A DNA stretch of 17,364 nucleotides from an uncultured Pseudomonadota bacterium (GTDB taxonomy: Bacteria > BMS3Abin14), in NCBI GenBank assembly GCA_964454175.1, contig CAYVSA010000045.1:1-17364 (forward strand). Direction: 5' to 3'. This document shows positions 8,306 to 15,861 of the stretch, in pieces. Every line of letters starts with the position of its first letter. Within the stretch, counting starts at the first letter, position 1. Position numbers and translations under genes: made by a program. Under the pieces are notes generated by a model. It made no database searches. It saw nothing but the letters and a program-made list of their open reading frames with translations, and was not told where the DNA came from.

Positions 8306-8914
8306 ATGAAATACATCACGGTTTTTCCAGAGTATCCTATAAGCATCTATCAGATAAACGAGCTTAAAAGATACAGGAAAAAAGTCCTCCATGCCCAGAT
8401 AGAAGGCTCAGCCCTTATTCGCATTCTGAACAGCCCATCAAGGGTTCTCAGGACGGTTGATGGACACCACGTAAATAAGTCCTTCATAGTGGGGGTCAGG
8501 GATTACGTGGATCCGCAGAGCAGGAAATCACGTTTAGCCGAATACGAGCGAAGAACCCAGGTCAACCTGTATGTCTCCATGGAACTGGCGACATTAGAAG
8601 AGGTTTCTGGAGTAATAAGCGTTCGAAGAATTGCCGATGACATAGAATTGTGTCTGGAAAGAGCCCTCATATCATCGAAGGATTACGATTTTATTGGGAT
8701 GCTCACGGATTGGAATACCACCGAAAAACTCGATACTCTTATAGATCCGGGGATAATGAACGTTTTCGACCAGGCCAGGCTGAGCCATTCCTTCCTGGCC
8801 ATCAACAAGCACCTGGTAAAGAACTTCGTCATGATGCGTGACCTGGGCGTGGAGCCGGTGGAATCGCTCCTCGGTCCGGTACTCCCTGGTGAGGAAGATG
8901 CCTCGTCGGGGTAG
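8306..8914 (+). CDS. Hypothetical soluble protein
   Basis: 202-aa ORF with ATG, AAGGCGG purine-rich upstream sequence and globular composition; no family recognised. Confidence 0.65.
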   Translation: MKYITVFPEYPISIYQINELKRYRKKVLHAQIEGSALIRILNSPSRVLRTVDGHHVNKSFIVGVRDYVDPQSRKSRLAEYERRTQVNLYVSMELATLEEVSGVISVRRIADDIELCLERALISSKDYDFIGMLTDWNTTEKLDTLIDPGIMNVFDQARLSHSFLAINKHLVKNFVMMRDLGVEPVESLLGPVLPGEEDASSG

Positions 8915-8932
8915 TGCCGGCCCATGGCCGGA

Positions 8933-9040
8933 GTCCCGGGACCCAGGTCCCAAGTCCCAGGTTGGTCGTTTCACTCCGGTCCAATATCCCACGTCCAATG
9001 TCCAATGTGATAAGTCCAGATTTCTAATTTCTCGTTTCTG
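8933..9040. repeat. Three blocks of degenerate tandem heptamers
   Basis: gtcccgg/gacccag/gtcccaa/gtcccag (8933-8960); gtccaat/atcccac/gtccaat/gtccaat (8979-9006); atttcta/atttctc/gtttctg (9020-9040). Confidence 0.75.
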
Positions 9041-9262
9041 GTCAGAAAAATTCATCCACACAAGACAGGACTGCCTCACGCCCGCTCCTTTCAGTCGCTC
9101 AAGCTCGCAAAGGCCGCAAAGAAAGCTTTGGGGTTTACATCAAAGGACAAGAGCTAATTCCCCAACACCAAAAAACGACCTGCGCCGCGGCATTCGGGAA
9201 ACCCGGGCCCCAAGTGTGGTGATTCAGGGCCAAGGACCAGATCAGTGAACCAATAAAGTCAG

Positions 9263-9334
9263 AAGGGAGCCTGTGCGATCACGAAGCGAAGCTCAAGGCA
9301 CTTGCGAAGGCGAAGGATCGACACAGGATCCCTT
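9263..9334. repeat. REP-like imperfect palindrome containing four CGAAG motifs
   Basis: AAGGGAGCCTGTGCGATC ... GATCGACACAGGATCCCTT are near-perfect inverted arms. Confidence 0.6.
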
Positions 9335-9351
9335 ATTTAAAGCATTTTATT

Positions 9352-9382
9352 AAAAAAAGGGCCCCGATTCGGGGCCCTTTTT
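9352..9382. terminator. Bidirectional rho-independent terminator downstream of the selenoprotein gene
   Basis: A7-GGGCCCCG-att-CGGGGCCC-T5; gives a 7-U tail on the minus strand. Confidence 0.85.
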
Positions 9383-9390
9383 GGATCATC

Positions 9391-9414
9391 GGCTGCCGCG
9401 CCTCCGGCGCAGCC
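9391..9414 (-). promoter_or_regulatory. Putative SECIS element for the C-terminal Sec73 (in the 3' UTR)
   Basis: mRNA UGA-GGCGUCUAGU-GGCUGCGCC-GGA-GGCGCGGCAGCC; 8-bp stem with G-rich loop starting about 10-11 nt after UGA. Confidence 0.7.
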
Positions 9415-9415
9415 A

Positions 9416-9643
9416 CTAGACGCCTCACGTCCCCCCATAACCAACCTTTACCTCACCGCCTTCCAGGATCACAGGAACCTGGCGTTTGCCGCCGCTGTGG
9501 GCGAGCATTTCGTCGAGGAATTCCTTGTTTGTGAGAACGTCGCGGTAATCTACCTTCTTGCCTTCAGCTTCCAAGGCCTCACGGGCCTCATTGGTATAGG
9601 GTCAACCGGCTTTTCCATAGATAATTATTGTTTCGTCGCTCAT
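9416..9643 (-). CDS. UXX-star family glutaredoxin-like selenoprotein with two Sec residues (75 aa)
   Basis: MSDETIIIYGKAG-U-PYTNEAREALEAEGKKVDYRDVLTNKEFLDEMLAHSGGKRQVPVILEGGEVKVGYGGT-U-GV*. TGA at 9602-9604 and 9425-9427, TAG at 9416-9418, GGAGGA RBS, glutaredoxin VP and G-Y-GG motifs. Confidence 0.92.
9571..9594 (-). promoter_or_regulatory. Putative SECIS element for Sec14 (inside the CDS)
   Basis: mRNA UGA-CCCUAUACCAAU-GAGGCC-CGUGA-GGCCUU; hairpin begins 12 nt after UGA, with an alternative CCAA/UUGG lower stem. Confidence 0.65.
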
Positions 9644-9815
9644 GGCATTCCTCCATGCAGTGGTTATTGTTGTTTCCAATAATTATAGCCTATTAGATTG
9701 ACCGTTTCTATAGGGAATCGGTTCCAGCTCAACATCTCCCACTCATTGGGGCTGGCATAACCTTCAGGTTTCTGTTAGTAAGTAACGCTTCGACTCATCG
9801 CGGCGGAGGTCCACA

Positions 9816-10346
9816 ATGCATCTTACTGTTATTCCCGAACGCTGCTCCGGCTGCAAGGTCTGTGAGCTGGCCTGCAGCGTGGGGAGGATGGGGGTCAACA
9901 ACCCCAAAAAAAGCTGTGTCAGGGTGATGGTCCTGTATCCGCAGCCAGTCATCCGTATGCCCATTATCTGCAAACAGTGCGGCATCCCCAAGTGCGCGGA
10001 GAGCTGCCCGACCAACGCGATTTTCAGGGAAAATGGGATCGTGCGCCTGGACGGGGAGAAATGTATCTCCTGCAACCAGTGCATCATAAGCTGTCCTTTC
10101 GGCGCCATGTTCCTCCATGAAGATGTGGAGCACCCCATAAAGTGCGATCTTTGCGACGGTGCACCACTGTGCGTCGAGGCGTGCCCGAAAGAAGCCCTGA
10201 AATTCCATCCGAAGCATATCCTGGGACAGGCTCACAGGCTGTCGGCCGCGAGAAATTACGCCAAAATGAGCAAGGTTGAATACATGGACGGCGATCACAA
10301 GAAGATACTTCGCTACGCCAGGGAAAAGGTGAAAAAAGATGATTAA
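9816..10346 (+). CDS. 4Fe-4S dicluster/polyferredoxin small subunit of aldehyde oxidoreductase
   Basis: CSGCKVCELAC, CKQCGIPKCAESCP, CISCNQCIISCP, KCDLCDGAPLCVEACP; GGAGG RBS; overlaps the next start. Confidence 0.93.
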   Translation: MHLTVIPERCSGCKVCELACSVGRMGVNNPKKSCVRVMVLYPQPVIRMPIICKQCGIPKCAESCPTNAIFRENGIVRLDGEKCISCNQCIISCPFGAMFLHEDVEHPIKCDLCDGAPLCVEACPKEALKFHPKHILGQAHRLSAARNYAKMSKVEYMDGDHKKILRYAREKVKKDD

Positions 10347-12147
10347 GGGTGGCTATTTCTTCTCCGTGCTGGACGTTGACCTCACCCGGGGTGAGGCTAA
10401 CGTTGTCCCTCTCAGCGAGAAGATCGCGTACGATTACATAGGGGGCCGTGGTTTCGGGGCCCGCTTCGTGGCGGACAATATCAGGAGGGTAAAAAGGAAG
10501 ATCGATCCCCTCGGTCCTGAAAATATTCTTGTCATAGCGCCTGGACCCCTCACGGGCCTGTACCTCCCGGCTTCTGGTAAAAACTCCTTTATCACTCTTT
10601 CGCCGGCGACAGGTATTTACGGAGACAGCAGCATGGGGGGGATGTTCGGTGTCGAACTCAGGCAGGCAGGTTACGACGCCGTAGTTATCAGGGGAAAGGC
10701 CGCGGAGCTTTCGGCCCTTGCCATTGATGACGGCAGGATCAGTATAATTCCGATCCCTGAGGCGAAGGGTAAAACGACCCTGGAGACGGAGAAGCTGGTG
10801 CGCCAGGCTACGGGCGACGAGGACATGAAAATTGCGTCCATTGGTGTGGCAGGAGAGAATAAGGCGGTCTTCGCATGTGTCAATACCGACTGGAGCCGCA
10901 ATGCAGGGCGCATAGGCATTGGTGCTGTCATGGGTTCCAAAAACCTCAAGGCTGTTGCCGTTCGCGGTTCAAGAGACTTACCCGTCCACGACCTTGACGA
11001 GCTGATGGATATCTCCCGGGAGGGGTACGAAGTCATCTCAAACCACAAGTTCTTCCGCTTCTGGCAGGAGCAGGGCCTCATGTCTGTGATCGACTATGCC
11101 AACACCATGGGGATCCTGCCAGCTTACAACTTCAGGCAGACAGTTTTTGAACGGGCCGACAAGATGAACGGTTACGTTATGGAGGACCGCTACAAAATAG
11201 GCGACTCCGCATGCTTCGGCTGTTCCATGAGCTGCGGTAACGTGTGCCTCGTCAAGGAAGGCAAGTACAGGGGCACTGTGACGGAGGGGCCGGAGTACGA
11301 GTCCGCGGCCATGCTGGGAAGCAACCTGGGCGTATCCAATTTCGCCTGCATACTCAAGGCCAACGCCCTTTGCGATGACGTGGGCCTCGATACAATTTCC
11401 AGCGGAGGGATCATCGGCGCTCTGATAGAGGGCCAGGAAAAGGGAGTTATCAAAAAGAGCGACCTGGACGGTATGGAGATAGGCTGGGGTGACGAGGACA
11501 GTATCCTCGAGCTCATTGAAAAGACTGCCAACAGGGAAGGTGTGGGAGACACACTGGCCGGGGGGGCCAGGGCAATACTTACCCGCTGGCCCGGTCTCGA
11601 TGGGATATTATCCCATGTGAAGGGCCTGGAGCAGTCGGCCTACGATTCCAGGGCTGCCATTTCAATGGCCCTGGGGTACGGTACATCGGATATAGGTGCC
11701 CACCACACCAGGGCCTGGACAGTGGCGTCGGAACTGGAAAACGGTGTGGGCTGGGGCCTGGAGGAGAAAGCAGACCTTGTGATCTATCATCAGACTGTTC
11801 GGCCCCTTTTCGACATGTTTGGGGTCTGCAGGCTGCCATGGATCGAGCTGGGGTTTCCCGAGGACTACTACCGCCGTTTTTACAAAGCAGCTACCGGACT
11901 TGACAGGTCCATGGAGGAACTGCTTGCCTGTTCCTCCCACGTCTACGATCTTACCCGCGCCATCAATGTAAAGCTGGGCGTTTCCCGCAGTGACGATTAT
12001 CCTCCGGCCCGGACCTTCGAGGACCCGGTGCCGTCAGGGCCTACCAAGGGCAGTGTAGTCTCCAGGGAAGAATACGAAAAGATCCTGGATGTCTATTACG
12101 ATAAGCGTGGATGGAGTGCTGAAGGTGAGCCGCCCATCTCTTTATAA
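10339..12147 (+). CDS. aor: Tungsten-dependent aldehyde:ferredoxin oxidoreductase family protein (AOR/FOR/WOR)
   Basis: GGRGFG, AGRIGIGAVMGSKNLKAV, CFGCSMSC, GPEYES, CDDVGLDTIS, VKGLE, YYDKRGW motifs; 602 aa. Confidence 0.95.
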   Translation: MIKGGYFFSVLDVDLTRGEANVVPLSEKIAYDYIGGRGFGARFVADNIRRVKRKIDPLGPENILVIAPGPLTGLYLPASGKNSFITLSPATGIYGDSSMGGMFGVELRQAGYDAVVIRGKAAELSALAIDDGRISIIPIPEAKGKTTLETEKLVRQATGDEDMKIASIGVAGENKAVFACVNTDWSRNAGRIGIGAVMGSKNLKAVAVRGSRDLPVHDLDELMDISREGYEVISNHKFFRFWQEQGLMSVIDYANTMGILPAYNFRQTVFERADKMNGYVMEDRYKIGDSACFGCSMSCGNVCLVKEGKYRGTVTEGPEYESAAMLGSNLGVSNFACILKANALCDDVGLDTISSGGIIGALIEGQEKGVIKKSDLDGMEIGWGDEDSILELIEKTANREGVGDTLAGGARAILTRWPGLDGILSHVKGLEQSAYDSRAAISMALGYGTSDIGAHHTRAWTVASELENGVGWGLEEKADLVIYHQTVRPLFDMFGVCRLPWIELGFPEDYYRRFYKAATGLDRSMEELLACSSHVYDLTRAINVKLGVSRSDDYPPARTFEDPVPSGPTKGSVVSREEYEKILDVYYDKRGWSAEGEPPISL

Positions 12148-12150
12148 AGT

Positions 12151-12242
12151 GTCCCAGGTCCCATGCCCCATGACCCACGAGTTTCATCCTGATACTGTAT
12201 CCTGATTATCTTACCTGAGTCCTGAGTCTTGGGACTTGGGTC
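12151..12242. repeat. Inverted pair of tandem heptamer blocks between the convergent aor and tupC
   Basis: gtcccag/gtcccat/gccccat/gacccac (12151-12178) and ctgagtc/ctgagtc/ttgggac/ttgggtc (12215-12242). Confidence 0.75.
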
Positions 12243-12276
12243 GCGGTAAAATTATGCTGAAGCAGACTGTAATGCT

Positions 12277-13311
12277 TCAGTATAATCTTACCGCTTCCGC
12301 CTTGAAGATCAGCGAGACCTCAACACCCAGGTTCAGTCCCATTCCATTGAAAGAATCCCGGGTTATCCTCGAAGTTAAAGTTTCCTCTGCCCGAACTGTT
12401 ATCTCCACCGACCCGTTCCTCTCCTGAATACGGTTTATCTTTCCCCGTATCGAGTTCCTGGCGCTGGTCGACACCGTCTGAAGGCTGACGAGTATGGATT
12501 CGGGCGGGACGGAGGCTGTTTTTGTACCTTCAGGCGACCCCCCTGGTACGTAGATTGTCATCCTTCCGGTATCAAATACCATGCTGCTGCCGCTCTGGTA
12601 GACTGCACCATGGAAGACATTCTCCATGGCCCCCAACTGAGGAGATCCTCCCACGAGAGTGATCACCTCGTCGGAGATACGGTAAGCTTGTTCAATATCG
12701 TGGGTTGTGAAAATGACGCTCACTCCCTCGTCCCTGCACTTGTCCGTCAGGATCCTTTCTATGACTGATCTGCTTGCAGGGTCTACGTTCGCAAGAGGCT
12801 CATCTAGCAGCAGCACCTTCGGATCGGTGACAATGGCCCTTGCCAGCGCGACCCGCTGGGCTTCTCCGCCGGACAGGGAGTCGTGGGGCCTTTTTTCAAA
12901 ACCCTGAAGACCCACCAAGGCGATGGCTTTTCCGGCCGCCGTAAGGCGCTCGGTGCGCCGCAGGCCCCGTCTGGCCAATCCATAGGCGACGTTGTTTTCC
13001 ACATTTGTCCTGAACAGGTAGGGAGATTGAAGGACAACCCCCAGATCCCGGCGATATTGATCCAGGGCTGTTTCAGCGAGAAGGGAGAGATTTCGCCCCC
13101 TGTAAGTGATTGTGCCGCGGTAGGGCAATAGCAACTGAATCAGTACGTGCAAAAGTGTGGTTTTGCCTGAACCGTTCGGACCGGTAATCGCGATGATCTC
13201 CCCATCATTCAGAGAAAGAGAGGGAATATTCAGGACTTCCCTCTTTCCCAGAACGACACCCAGTTCATCAAAGGTGAACAAAGCCTTGGACCTTTCAGAA
13301 GATTGCTTCAT
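12277..13311 (-). CDS. tupC: Tungstate ABC transporter ATP-binding protein with C-terminal TOBE domain
   Basis: Walker A GPNGSGKT, LSGGE, LLLDEP, TSARN and FKAEAV TOBE motifs; operon context. Confidence 0.88.
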   Translation of the reverse strand: MKQSSERSKALFTFDELGVVLGKREVLNIPSLSLNDGEIIAITGPNGSGKTTLLHVLIQLLLPYRGTITYRGRNLSLLAETALDQYRRDLGVVLQSPYLFRTNVENNVAYGLARRGLRRTERLTAAGKAIALVGLQGFEKRPHDSLSGGEAQRVALARAIVTDPKVLLLDEPLANVDPASRSVIERILTDKCRDEGVSVIFTTHDIEQAYRISDEVITLVGGSPQLGAMENVFHGAVYQSGSSMVFDTGRMTIYVPGGSPEGTKTASVPPESILVSLQTVSTSARNSIRGKINRIQERNGSVEITVRAEETLTSRITRDSFNGMGLNLGVEVSLIFKAEAVRLY

Positions 13312-14006
13312 CCGGAAGTACTCCTGGACTGGAGCTTTCGAAATGTGAGGTTAACGGCGAGTGCCACTGTTAACAGGACAATGCCAAGTGCCATGCCGAA
13401 AGCGAACTCGCCCTTGCTGGTCTCCAGTGCGATGGCAGTGGTGAGGGTTCTGGTGTAGCCCTTGATGTTGCCTCCGAGCATTATGGCAGACCCTACTTCT
13501 GCGATGATCCTCCCGAACCCGTTAAAGAGCGCTGCCATGAGTCCGAATCGGGCTTCAATTAAAATGGTACTGGAAACTTGCGAACCGGACGCTCCAAGGC
13601 TCAGGGCTGTCGGCCGGGCTCTTGGATCCACCGAATTCACCGCGGCTACGGTTAGCCCGACAATAAGCGGTAAGGCCAGGACGATGTCACCCAGGATGAT
13701 CCCCGATGGCGTGAAGAGCAGATCGAGAAACCCGAGGGGACCTTTTCGGGAGAGAAAGGAGTAGCCCAAAAGACCCACCACCACCGTGGGCAGGGCCATG
13801 AGTGTGTTGAAAAGAGTGATAAGTACCTCCTTGCCCAAAAACTCCCTTGTGGCGATAGTATATGCTATGGGTATGCCGAGCACAGCGGCGATAAATGTGG
13901 CGCTCAGTGCGATCCTCAGGGAAAGGATACTGATCGAGACGACATCCGGGTCGAAAGTGACTATGAGGCGGAAGGCCCCTGCCAGGGCTTCTATGAAATA
14001 TTCCAC
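13308..14006 (-). CDS. tupB: Tungstate ABC transporter permease
   Basis: LPTVVVGL, LSRKGPLG, FGRIIAEVG, GGNIKGYTRTLTTAIALETSKG. Confidence 0.92.
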   Translation of the reverse strand: MEYFIEALAGAFRLIVTFDPDVVSISILSLRIALSATFIAAVLGIPIAYTIATREFLGKEVLITLFNTLMALPTVVVGLLGYSFLSRKGPLGFLDLLFTPSGIILGDIVLALPLIVGLTVAAVNSVDPRARPTALSLGASGSQVSSTILIEARFGLMAALFNGFGRIIAEVGSAIMLGGNIKGYTRTLTTAIALETSKGEFAFGMALGIVLLTVALAVNLTFRKLQSRSTSG

Positions 14007-14025
14007 AGTAGATCAGGTCTCCGTT

Positions 14026-14877
14026 TCACCGATTCCCCTGTTTCCTGGAACTTTGTCCCTCGACCAGCGGTTCGAACATCCGTCTGCCTTCAGGATCTCG
14101 GAAATCACCTATCAGCCTCTGCCCTTCCTCCGAGATCATGAAACGGATGAGCCTTGAGGCTCCCTCGAAGTTGACGTGGGGGTTTTTGGCCGGGTTGACC
14201 GCCATTATGCCGTAGGGGTTAAAAAGCAGATCTGAGGGTTTTACGAAGAGCATTTTAAGGTCCACCTTGTCGGCATATTTAAGGAAAGTGCCGGAATCGG
14301 AGAGGGTGTATCCTCTTTTCTCGTCAGCGATGGTGAGGGTCTCACCCATGCCCTTTCCCGACTCAAGGTACCAGCCAGTGCCCTCGGGGATCTTTCCCAG
14401 GACAGCCCTCCAGATGTGCTGCTCCTTGATGTGTGTGCCGGAACTGTCTCCCCTGGAAACGAAATATGACTGAGACCGGGCTATCTTCCTGAAAGCTTCC
14501 TCGGCGGTTCCGGCTCTCCCCACTCCGGCCGGGTCCTGTGCCGGCCCTGCAACGACGAAGTAGTTTGCCATAACGGTGTGGTGGTCCACTCCGTATCCGG
14601 CATCAATGAAGGCTTTTTCCTTCGAGGGAGCGTGCACCAGGGTGACATCCACATCCCCATTTTCGGCCAGCTTCAGCGCCTTGCCGGTGCCCACTGCGAT
14701 AACGTCCACCTTGATCCCCGTCTTTTTTTCGAATACGGGCAGGAGATACTCTAAAAGCCCCGTGTTGTCGGTGCTTGTGGTGGATGAAAGGCGCAGCCTT
14801 TCGCCAGCGGCAGCTGCTGTTGAGAATGAGAGGGTGATGAAAATACAGAGTACTACAATACAGGTCCTGCGCGCCAA
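14026..14877 (-). CDS. tupA: Tungstate ABC transporter substrate-binding protein
   Basis: Signal peptide then LSSTTSTDNTGLL, VGTGKAL, VHAP, SRGDSSGTH, NPYG. Start set at TTG 14877 after GGAGG (14884-14888). Confidence 0.92.
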   Translation of the reverse strand: MARRTCIVVLCIFITLSFSTAAAAGERLRLSSTTSTDNTGLLEYLLPVFEKKTGIKVDVIAVGTGKALKLAENGDVDVTLVHAPSKEKAFIDAGYGVDHHTVMANYFVVAGPAQDPAGVGRAGTAEEAFRKIARSQSYFVSRGDSSGTHIKEQHIWRAVLGKIPEGTGWYLESGKGMGETLTIADEKRGYTLSDSGTFLKYADKVDLKMLFVKPSDLLFNPYGIMAVNPAKNPHVNFEGASRLIRFMISEEGQRLIGDFRDPEGRRMFEPLVEGQSSRKQGNR

Positions 14878-14878
14878 T

Positions 14879-15796
14879 TTAAGCCTCCATTTCCTTGTAG
14901 AGGATCTTTCCGGTGTCCTGAGTGTGGTATCCTCCCAGAACTGATGCGTAGTCAGTAAACTCGCTGTCCCCCAGGATGGAGATGAAGTCCTGAACTGCTT
15001 TTGCGAAGAACACCTCCTTGAGGACAGCCAGGTCGAAGCGCTCCACCTGCAGGGGGATGAAGTCAAGGCCCATGGATGATGCCGCAGCCTCAATTCCCAC
15101 ACCGGCGTCTGCTTTTCCACTCATCACCTCCAGGGCGACCTCGAAATGCCCGGGCACAGCAGAATCATATCCGGTTATGGACTCGACCGGGATTTCGAGC
15201 CGGTCAAGCTCACTGTCCAAAAGCAGCCTCGTCCCTGTTCCAACTTCCCTGTTTGCAAACCTGATCTTTCCTCCTGCCAGGTCTTTGAGTGATTTTATGC
15301 CCAGAGGGTTTCCACTGGGGAGGATCAGTCCCTGGGTTCTTTTTGCAAAGCCCACTAGCACGGCCATGTCCCCGATCGACTCAACAAGGTGCCCCATGTT
15401 GTAGCCCTCACCTTCCTCGTCCAGGAGATGGATGCACGCGATGTGGCAGACCCTTCGCTTCAGTGCCAGGAGCCCTTCGCTGCTGCCCGCCCTGGATCTT
15501 AATGGGATTATTTCGGGGTGACGTTTTCTGAACAGGGAGGCAGCGTAACCCAGGAGGGGGTCGTCGCTGCCGGCGATCAGCAGAAGATCCTCCGCCCGGG
15601 CGAGAATAGAGATATCCTCCGGCACGTTGACCACGCTGGATTCGATCCACCTCGCAAGCATCTCCCGGGGAAAGACCCATTTGCCTGTTATCTTGGTCCC
15701 CGGAAGGCCTCTCTCGTGTATCAGGGTGTAGATCTGTTTTTCGTTTACGCCCAGGTAATCGGCGGCCTGACGAGTGTCCAGCAGCGAGCTGTCCAT
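14879..15796 (-). CDS. Excisionase-type HTH + PBP-like (molybdate/tungstate-binding-like) transcriptional regulator, TaoR-like
   Basis: N-terminal LLDTRQAADYLGVNEKQIY...KITGKWVFP; C-terminal AGSDDPLL, GSSEGL, NREVGTGTR, ADAGVG; first gene of the tup operon. Confidence 0.85.
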   Translation of the reverse strand: MDSSLLDTRQAADYLGVNEKQIYTLIHERGLPGTKITGKWVFPREMLARWIESSVVNVPEDISILARAEDLLLIAGSDDPLLGYAASLFRKRHPEIIPLRSRAGSSEGLLALKRRVCHIACIHLLDEEGEGYNMGHLVESIGDMAVLVGFAKRTQGLILPSGNPLGIKSLKDLAGGKIRFANREVGTGTRLLLDSELDRLEIPVESITGYDSAVPGHFEVALEVMSGKADAGVGIEAAASSMGLDFIPLQVERFDLAVLKEVFFAKAVQDFISILGDSEFTDYASVLGGYHTQDTGKILYKEMEA

Positions 15797-15861
15797 GAAT
15801 AACCCTCCCGAAATGATGTCCAGGAGTAAATATTAATCCACAGACCAGCATTATTCAAGAA

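Noticed and set aside
8672-9248. ORFs 8838-9248 (+) and 8672-9079 (-)
   Set aside because: They are translations of heptamer and other repeat DNA and overlap a better ORF.
9240-9340. 6S RNA suggested by GAACCAATA...GGGAGCCTG
   Set aside because: The complementary 3' strand needed for the long 6S rod is absent; kept only as a generic structured-region finding.
9416-9643. Pseudogene interpretation of the two in-frame TGAs
   Set aside because: Both stops are TGA at Cys-equivalent or family-typical positions, each has a downstream hairpin, and the RBS, frame and terminator are intact.
9497-9682. 61-aa plus-strand ORF in the track
   Set aside because: Antisense shadow of the selenoprotein gene.
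9644-9815. Moco/Wco riboswitch or sigma54 promoter upstream of the aor operon
   Set aside because: I could not find the conserved riboswitch stems, and TGGCAT lacks a GC at the -12 position.
14878-15120. N-terminal extension of TupA in the ORF track
   Set aside because: It overlaps the regulator CDS; the signal peptide and RBS indicate a TTG start at 14877.
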